DNA of 64,000 nucleotides from Podarcis gaigeae (taxonomy: Eukaryota): assembly GCA_964106915.2 (NCBI GenBank), contig OZ066922.1, one strand, 5' to 3'. Shown here piece after piece: positions 1 through 10,100 of this stretch. The position numbers were made by a program, and so were the translations under genes. Each line of letters starts with the position of its first letter. Position 1 is the first letter of the stretch. The notes below the pieces were generated by a model. That model did not search any database. It had not been told where the DNA came from and saw only the letters and a list, made by a program, of their open reading frames with translations.

Positions 1-132
1 AGAAATGGGATAGCAGCACCCTTGGATACATGCATACCATTAAGCAAGGTAGAGAGCTAATGGCCAGCCTCTTAGTTTCTCTGATATTTTGCCAGCAACT
101 GCAACATGATCATCATTTGCTCTCTCTTTCAG

Positions 133-190
133 CTATCAGTTCGGCTGATGAAGTCACTGCTTGCACCTATGCTGATCTTTACGACAACAG
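133..190 (+). CDS. WD40 gene exon (ISSADEVTACTYADLYDN)
   Basis: Acceptor ctctctttcag, donor gtacaa; phase 1 to 2. Confidence 0.75.
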
Positions 191-3100
191 GTACAAAGGA
201 TGTTGTTGTTTCAATTTTAAAAATGAAAAGTATAAATGGCTAAGAAAATACAAGTAAGCTGGGAAGAGGTCTGTACCGAATGATCTTATAAGAATAATTT
301 GGACACCTGCAAGATGGACGTTTCAGACAAGTCAGCCAGTTGAAACACACATAAACTCTGGCAGCATAGAAAAGTATTGAAGTTACCCAATAAGTCTTCA
401 GGAAAGGCTGTGCATATTTTGTATGCAATTTGCATGGGTGGGGAACCTGTGGCCCCGCAGATGTTGCTAGACTCCAGTTACCATAATTTCTGACCATAGG
501 CTATACTTCCTGGGGCTAGACTTCAAGTCCAACAACATCTGGGAAGATACAGCTTTCTCCTCCCTCCTTTTGCACACTTACTTGGCAGTAACGCAAATAA
601 AAAATAGAGAGTTTTACCTCGGAGTAAGAATTTTATGAGACATACTTGCAGCTGAGTGTTTGGGTTTCCAACATTAGTGTTTTAAACTTACAGTGGTACC
701 TTGGTACTTGAATGGCTTAGTTGTCAAATAAATTGGCTCCTGAACGCTGCAAACCTGGAAGTAAGTGTTCCAGTTTTCAAATGTTTTTTAGAAGCTGAAT
801 GTCCAACATGGCTTCCGCTTGAGTGCAGGAAGCTCCTGCAGCCAATTGGAAGCTGTGCCAATTGGTTTTCAAACGGTTTCGGGAGTCAAACGACTCCCGG
901 AATGGATTAAGTTCAAGAACCAAGGTACCACTGTGGTGTATTTATAGCCCTTACACTTGCTGAGAATACATGTAACACTTGTGATGGTGGGTACAGGTAG
1001 ATTAAGGATGATAAATCATGCCAGTCAGCGCGAAATAAGTCATTGTTTGTTAAGCTTCTGGATTTTTGTATACATATGAAAATCAGTGATGCCACACTGC
1101 TTATGTAGTTGTTTCCTTTTGGAATCCAACACAAAAGGGGTTATATTAGAATTGGCTTTCCTCTTGAAATAACACATTTCAATTTTTTAAAAGATACATC
1201 ATCTCTGTTGGATTGGGACAGAAGATCAGTATTTTCCCAGTAAGTATAAATAAATGTTAAGTCTAGCTGCTCCACTATAAGATGTTGGGGAGGCCAAAAA
1301 TGGGAAATTTTAGGTGTTCCACAATGAACTCAGTAAGAAATTGGAAGCCCAGAATAACTATACCAGCATTGTGCACCCGAAAGATGGACAGGCATCTAAT
1401 ATGGAAAATGACTTGTTCAGGATAATGGACACCTGTCTGGGCAGGTTTTTCGAATGTTTTTTGTCTGATCAGTTCAAGGAGCTTTTCCTTACAGCCAATG
1501 ACTTCTTTGAGTAGTATGAACAGTTCCCATTCCCTCTTAACACTACAGACATGAACAGAAAGTGTGATGTCTATATGTGCATAAGTATGATTGGTTTATT
1601 GGAGGCTATTAGTAATGTCAACTACATGTTCAAAGGCAGAATGCTTCTAACACATGCCAGGGAGCACAACTGGGAGTGGGGTGTTTCCTTCAAGATATCC
1701 CATGTAGGCTTCCTCGAGGCATCTGATGGGTCACTGGAGGAAGTTTTGGGGAATGACTGTAGCTCAGGGACAGGGCACAGTCTTTATGTGCAGAAGGTCC
1801 TAGGTTCAGTCACCAAGTAGGGTTGGGAAACACCTCTGTCTGAAACCAAAGTGAGCTAATGCCACAATACACATCTGGTTGGATTGATGGTGTGGCTTGG
1901 TATAAAACAGTTTCCTATGCTCATTTCTAAGTATGATGCCAAATTATATGGACCTTTGGTCTAACCCAGTTGGCTGTTATTATGTTTCTAATCTCTATTA
2001 TATGGTCCCCCCCCCCCAATCAGAATAGCCTTGAGTCTACAGCTGATCCTGCCTACCCCATGGATGTAAATGAAAGGCAAAGTTGTCTGACAATATTTTT
2101 CATCTATAGCTTCAGCATTGCCTTTTTCTAGAAATATGAGTAGCACCAGTAGCACTGCTTCAACATACATTATTAACCTATGTTTAAGTAAAACAATTTT
2201 TTTTTGTTTATCCATAAAAGAATTATGAATCTCTGGAACTAAAGATGGAACTGAAAAGTTTTTAATTTCAGGATATTGATGATGAAGTCGTTGAAGGATC
2301 ATACCCACAACTGGACTGGATTAGAAGTATGGTAGGACATTAACTTGCAGTGAGAAATGGTAGTTAAACATGAATAAAAGTTGAAAAGATTTCTATATGA
2401 ATTTGCTTAGAGCAGGGGCAGGGCCACAAAAATGTTGCTGAACTACAACATCTGTTATCCCTGCCAAATAGCCATGCTGGATGGGACTGATGAGACTTGG
2501 GAGACCAATAACATGTGGAGAGCCAGAGATTCTTTACTCTTAGTTTAGAGCATAAGATACATCCCATGTGTGCTTGATAGGGCAATGACGGCATGAGAAT
2601 GACCACTTTGCCATTGCACCATGCAGGAACAGGGCCACAAGGACGATATTTTATGTTTAGCTTCGTGTCCTCCACATTTCTTGGCCACTTCTAGTTTTGA
2701 TGGTGAAGTTCTCATATGGAATCTGCTATCGGGACATCTCTGCAGCCGTCTTCATGCTGTAGACAGAGCAGCAAGGGAAGGAGAAACAGGTGAGTAGGAT
2801 TAGACCTTTTGCTGTGCTAAAATAAAAGCTTGAACTCACAAGGTGTGGTGAGAGAAGTGAAAAGCAAAGTATGTACAGTGTCAGTAATGAAAATGTTTTT
2901 AAAATGGATTTCTTGTCTGCGCCACCATAAATGGTAAAAAAAAATCTCTGGTAGTTGGAGTAAATTGCACAGTGAGCTACAACCACTGCACAAACCTAGC
3001 TGACCAGGCAATAACTACTTGAAGCCATTTAAATATTATTCTGTGTGACAGCCACAGTATGTGCAAATTCCAGCCCCCATTGTTGTTGCTACATATTTTA

Positions 3101-4036
3101 AAGGGGAAAGTGGCTATGTTGATACACACAGGGTTGTTTTTATCTGGGTCTCCATTTCCAAGTACAAAATGTTGAGTTAAAAGCCGCCCTGAAATTAGAC
3201 TCCCAAGTCATTTGGTGTGTTTTCAAATCACAAGATGAACCAAGTTTTTTTTAATCTGGGTCTCCATTTCCAAGTACAAAATGTTGAGTTAAAAGCCGCC
3301 CTGAAATTAGACTCCCAAGTCATTTGGTGTGTTTTCAAATTACAATACGAATCAAGCAGATTGAGGAAGCTGTGAGCAAATTTTACTATGTGACAAGGTG
3401 CTACACCTTTACCTGACATACGGCAACATCCTCCCACACAGAACAATTAAAGCCGCTCTCCAAGGAGTGGTAATCATATGCACAGGTGGCCTCCATCTGC
3501 CTCCACTACTGACACCAGTCTCCCTGCCTGCTCGCATAGTTGGTAAATGTTAGATGTGCACCATCTCAAGCCTGGACTGAGGGTGCTTCCTGTGAGAGTT
3601 TATTGTAGGAGCGCAGAGTCCACACAATGGAAATGTCACCCAATTGCCAGCCTCTGTGTACCTGCAGGTATATGTACCTGTGCCATCAATTGCGGATAAC
3701 ACCTGTTGCCCACAAGAACTTATTCAGTAATAAATTTGCTAGTTTTGATGGTGCCACAAACCTGTGTGTGAGAGGAAGTGTCTTGTGGAGTCTCCCACTG
3801 TACCTGGGCGAGCTGGGCTTGGCTTTACAGATTACAACAGTGAAATGCATTGCTGACAAATATCCTGTGCTGGTGTGAGATTGTGGAAATTTTGCTGGAA
3901 ATGCTTTAATGGTTCTTTTTGTCCCCTCCCAGAGGATTTAACCATCAATAAAATCATTTTCCTCTTATCAAGGCTGGAAAAGAAGAAAACAGCTGCAATG
4001 TTAGTGGCTAGTGGACCTAGAGGTAAAGACAAAAGT

Positions 4037-4102
<66 letters not shown>

Positions 4103-7100
4103 TAGATGATAGAGTGGGGCTGGGGTTCAGAGGCCTACATATGCTTAGATCCCATATTCTTCTCACGGCTCCAGGTGCTCACCAAAAACCTGCTCAGTGA
4201 TTGGGGAACCCTTCAAAATGGCTGCCAATGCAGTGCAAGGGGCTGCAGTCCAAAGGGTGTTTCAGGGCCAGGCTAGGCAGGACACCATTCATACAACTAT
4301 CAATTGTGTGAAAGGTGATTTGGGAGGCTGGGGACTTCAGCCTTGCTGCATTCCTCACACCATACATTTAAAGAACATTGCTTCCCCACCCCCTGAAATC
4401 TGGGAACTGCAGTTTACTCCTCACAGAGCTATAATTCCTAGCACCCATAACAAACTACAGTTCCTGGGATTCTTTAGGAGAAACAAAGCGTTTTAAATGT
4501 TGGTGTGGATGTCATCCAACTATTGTTATTGGGAGAAAAAAACTCCCATTGCAGCCATTAGAGCTTTCCTCCCAATCCATATATCAGGCAAGCATGGCAG
4601 GGAGGTGGGGGGAAACACCCCGATGGCACCTGAGGCTGTCGTAAGTTGCAGCACTTGTGACTTTGATGGTGTAGCACTGTGGCCAATCAGGTGGAGCCCC
4701 CAGTCCAAAGCTCACCTCCGCCATTAACTCAATGGCTTTAGGTAAGAGTCTTTCCCTCTCCCTCTCTCCTTTAGTCCCCCCATTTGCAATATGGGAGAGA
4801 ATAATCCTGATTTACATGGTTACTGTAAGGATGACAGTTATCTAATGCACAGGAAGCACTTCGAAGCACCTGAGAGTGATACCCAAATACAAAATATTAT
4901 TAAGAGGATGTTGTTCAACCATTGACACTTAAGAGGCAATGCCTCTTAAGATTAGTGCTGTTGAAAGAAGCACTCAGATCAAACAGGCATTTTAGCAAGG
5001 GAGATCCTTTCTTAAGAAAGGCAACTCAAAATTTCTTCCTTGTGCCAACTGCATATTGGGAAGAGGCTTTAGGCCTTGCGTCAGTACCTAGATTTGTGGG
5101 AGGATGTTACTCTGTAGAAGCTTTCTGAAAGAGTCTGTATAGAGCCTATTGTGTGACCATTGTAGGGTGAGAATGAACATATCAGTACAGAGAAAAAATT
5201 CAGGTTTCAGAGTTTCTAGCAGAAAACCAACACTCCCCACCCCACCCCCAACCACAGGGCAGACTTCTACTTTAAGGGGGGAATGCAGAAAATCTCATTT
5301 TCATCTTTGTGATACTGTTATTGATACCGTGATTGCTGTTATTTCCCAGGTTATATTGCATTCTGGAATATATATGGCCGTGGGAGACTTTTTGCTTATT
5401 TCTCTAGTGTAAGTGCTGCTCATTTTCTGGAAAAATGTTTTATATGTTGCTAATTTCCATTTGTAAGGCCTCTGTATGTTTTTATTAGTGCTGTGAGATT
5501 CCTAACAGTTTGGAAACAAACAAAATAAGAACTAGATCTTTAAATAAGTCATAACTGGAAGTGGCACACATTCATTTAGGTTGCAATCCTAAACAGCAAG
5601 GCTAGGTAGGTAGTGGTCCTCCAGATGTTGCTAGATCACAACTCGTATCTTTGCAGACCACTGTCCATGCTGGAGTCCAGCAACATCTGGAATGTCATAG
5701 GTTCCCTTCCCCTGCTAGCTACACTTACTGGGGGAGTAAGCCCCATTGCATGCAGTAGGGTCAACTTCTGTGTAAATATGCATAGGATTGCTCTGTGCAT
5801 TAGGGCTTTGCCTGTATCCTCTTCTGACTTTTCATAGGATGGTAGTCTAAGCATCAAGGTGAACCCAGAGACAGTGCTAGCCCAGGGCATTTTGCGATCA
5901 GAGACAAAGGACAAGATGCCACCCTGCTGCTTCCACATACAGAAGCTAGATAGACTGAGAGCTGACTCTCAGTGGTATCCCTCCCTGAGGGCAACAGGTT
6001 ACTTTAGGGGATACAGAGTATGGGGCATGCACAACCCTATCCCCTCGAACAACCCTGTTTGCATAGCGCAAAACCATGGGTTGGTATTACATTAGAAGCA
6101 ACCCAATAGGTAACATAATGTGCAATCAAAATAAAGAGTTAACAAAAGCCTATTGATAGTTGGGCTGGATCCATGCATTTCACATGTTTGCTTGACTTAA
6201 GGGCAACCTTAAAATGTAGGCACTTCTTGCCTGTGTGTGCCGAAATTGCACTTAAAATCTCACCACATGCACCAACTGAAATGCAAAACTAATCATTCAC
6301 CAAAAGTGACACAAGTAACGAAGTGCTCCTTAGAGTGCAAAGAAGCTTCAATCCAACGCACCCTTCTAGGCAGGGCAGGGAGTGAGTTCCATTGAACTCG
6401 GCTGAATTTATTTCTGAGAACATCATCACAGAATTATGCTGTTAGTCCTCCCTCTTGAGAGTAAAAATAAAATAATGCATTTCCGCCACAACTTTAGTAT
6501 TGAAGCTTCTGCAATCCAGCATACACGATTGTTATTTATTTTATTTATTTTTCCTTGCTTGCAGTCAAGAGAGAGATCCACAGTCAGTGACGTGGCAGTT
6601 GATGACAAGGACTTCCTCTTGTGTGCAGGAGACCAACTGGGCTTTCTCTATATCTGGAACATTGCAGAATATGCCATTAATGGCCCAGAAGCCAAGCCAC
6701 CAGTTTGTGAGAGAAACATTTTTATTCAAAACCCAAATGTTTCATATTTGCTCCCGAGTGTACAGTATGTCCTTACCTTAGTCTCCCCTCCTTCTTTTTT
6801 TCAAATAGTACTTCACAGCTGGAACACTCACAACTGCAGCATAACCAGGTAAGATACGCTGAGGAACACAAGGCCCATGAGGAAAGCTGGCGAATCCAAT
6901 GGGGACAAGCTCCCTTTACTTACATCTTAGGCCCCCTTCTCATGGTGCACTGGTGGTGGCAGTGTAGCACTTTTGCCTGCACTGCCTGTTTGGGTAGGAA
7001 AGCACAGATCCTGTAGAAGAGCAATGGGGAGCTGGATTCAGACAGTGCACTGTTGGAGATAAGCAGTGTCCAGTGCACAGCGGAATGATGAAAAGTACGT

Positions 7101-10100
7101 GCCAACATGCTCTATATTACTTTATTTACACTTCAAAGCTGGTAGTTTACAGAAAAAACATCTTCCCTCTGCCGGAGCAGAGAAAGGCATCCTCTCTCCT
7201 CTAAAGCACGGAGAGAAATCACACTGAACTGCAAAGAACAGTGAAAAACAGGAAACCAGTGTACGTCACATCCAGTCTCCTTTCCCGTGAGAAAACCCAA
7301 CAGCACTTGACTGCGGAATGTAAACATTGTCTTGTGACAAGCACTTCGCTGCTCAGTGAAGGAAGCAGAAACCAACATGCACTGGGTGCTTATCTCCCTC
7401 CCCCCATCCCAATGGGCCAACTTTGAAAGGCACACGACATCACAATGACATTTGAAAGGCACATGACACCACAATGTCATTAGGTGACTGTTTTTCCCTA
7501 TCACCATGCAAGGTGCCTTGCAAGCCACAACTATCAGCACTGTGCTTTGCAAGTCCTGAGCATCAGCCGGTTGTCTACGCTGGCAAAGTACTGTGTATGG
7601 CAGGGCTTTGTACAAACCCCCTTTTGGCTCAACTGCGTCTTTATTTGCCCCACACGTGACATCATATATGATGTCGGAAGTTGGGCATGTGGGTATGGCT
7701 TGGCATCGAGGAGTTCTATGAGTGTTGCCATTCTAGTTGTGGAAAGAACTTGAGAAACAAGATGTTTAAGAGAGTAAGGAAATTCCACAGCAGTGCCTAT
7801 TTTCAGAGCAGTTGTCAATATAACAAACTAAACCCATTTTCTTTTTCCAATGGAGTAGCATCAGCCTTATGAATGAGCACCAGCTTCTCCTCACTACTTC
7901 TTTAGACTATAATGCAAAGTTGTGGAGCCTAAAAGGGGAATATATAGGTAAGATTTAATTTTAGATGGTAATACATATACATTATTACACACTACTCCAA
8001 TCTCCCAGCAGTGTGAGATTCCAAGTGCTTACCCAGGGTTCATGTTTCCTTTTGGTAATGAGGTACAGTGGAAGCTGTGGTCTCTTTGATATATGGTTTA
8101 TTTACACATATATACAACTTAAGCCTACAGTGGAGGGGTTCACAGCATCAACAACCCAAGAGTATTGTTTCCTTCATAGCAGCAGCCTTTAATTCAAACA
8201 GAAACCAAACATCGTGCTGTGCCTTTCTGGCTTTCCTTCTAGATCACAACATTACCAAACTCAACTCTAAACTCTGGCTTTTGGCGTTCTCACTATCTGT
8301 GAGTTGAGGGGCCCTACCTATTTGCTGTATTGCACAGAGCCCCCTTAATCCTATGTTCTCTTAATGGCCCATCACCCAGGCAATTATCTCATCACGAAGC
8401 TAGCCTGGCTTACATTTTGACACCTGTTGGACCCAGGAATAAGGTGTTGCACACACAAACTGATAACTATACACACTGCATGATCTGTCTGCAACCCACA
8501 TACCCTGATCCTGTTTTTGCCACATCAAACTTTCTCTGATTGCATCTGGAATGGAACCATCACCAATGCATTGTCAAAGAGCAGAAGTCTATCAATTGCT
8601 ACTAACCATGATGGCTACTGCTTGTCCTCCACAGTTGAGGCAGTAATGCTTTTGCACACGTCTCTGGAAGGCATAGGGCTGGAGATTGCTCTTGTGCTCG
8701 GGTCCGGCTTGCTGGTCTCCTACAAGCATGCTCATAGGTGTCCACTGTGAGAGCAGGATGCTGGTCTAGGTGGGCCATTGGCCTGATCCTGCAAGCTCTC
8801 GTTATGTTCTTATGTGGTTGTTCATTCCCTAGTACTGTAACAGTGGTTTTGGTTTTTTGAAAGCTTTATTTTGGGTTGTATCCAATCAAGTTACTCAGTT
8901 AGCAGGTCTTCCACCTGCACAATGGGATTTCCTCTTCCTTTACACTCCTGTTGTCCTCCCAAATCTGTCCTGTGGTTTTCTCCAACCCTTTGGAGCAGAT
9001 TGGTTGGGGGAGGCAGGGAGCAGAAATTTCATTGCTCAGGCAGATGTTTTTATCTAACAGGACAACTTGGTTGGATATAGTCCTTTGTCTACATGCAAGT
9101 AAAAACTGAAGATATGCATAACAGAGAAGATTCTGAGGTTGTCAAGTATAGCATTTTAAAGTAACTTTACTTTTTTTTTAAAAAAAGGTACATTTGGTCA
9201 AAGAGAACCATGGAACATAAAAAAGAAGTCATCTTGGGGACTATCAGAATCCAACCCAAGTTCAGAAACTACCTCTGACTCTTTTGGACAGGAATCTACA
9301 AGAACCTTTGACACACAGAAGAAATCCAAGATGGATGCTGAGGTAGGAATATTATCATCACTGGGCAGTATTTGAGTTTTATTTAGAGCAGACACATTGA
9401 AATTAATGAACATGACTAAGTTAGGTCCATTAATTTCAAAAGGTCCACTATGATTAAAAGTTATGGTAGCTGAGTATATCCCCTTGTCTTGTCTTTACAT
9501 AAGCATTTGGCTTCATTACCATCTAGCTCCTGTCCCCAAGCCAGGTATACTATATTCCTGATAAGGATAACATTTCATGTATCTGATGAAGTGGCCTGCA
9601 GCCAATGAAATACTCAGCAGTATACTCCCCATCCCCAAGCTCAATATTTCTTGAGATGTGAAACTACATAGCTTTTTATATCTGGGCAGATCTGCGATTT
9701 TTGTAAGTCTCTGATAAGTATAATGAAAAATATGAAGAATCAGAAAATGGGATAAAATTTAATGTAGTGTTCACTGAGTACTGTATTGGTCCTCTGCCTT
9801 CTTCTCAGCTCTTTTTATGGAAATGAATGCTTTATGCCTGCTTGACACGTGGAGGGACTGGAAAACAGCATGATTTTCAGAATATATATATATTTTTTAA
9901 AACTATTATGTTGGCTTATCCTGGTTTTGCTACTTTTTTTGCCTGCTCCAGCAGCTTCTAACAAAATAAAATTATTGTAACAAAATAAAAATAAAAAGTA
10001 AAATTGATTTGAAATTGTCTAAAAAACCCTGTTCTTTTAATATACCAAACATAATGGCTAAACACATTATACACAATACTTTCAGTTACAGATAGGTAGC

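Noticed and set aside
3142-3340. Repeat-spacer-repeat pattern resembling CRISPR
   Set aside because: Only two 87-bp copies in a vertebrate intron, with no cas genes. It is a simple duplication.
7075-7820. Overlapping ORFs (up to 160 aa) and short inverted repeats in a WD40 intron
   Set aside because: No recognisable domain or splice-compatible exon. Probably a decayed palindromic repeat that I cannot classify.
9690-9760. Possible extra WD40 exon after ctgggcag
   Set aside because: No donor keeps the frame before a stop, and exons 9188-9342 and 10704-10792 already join in phase.
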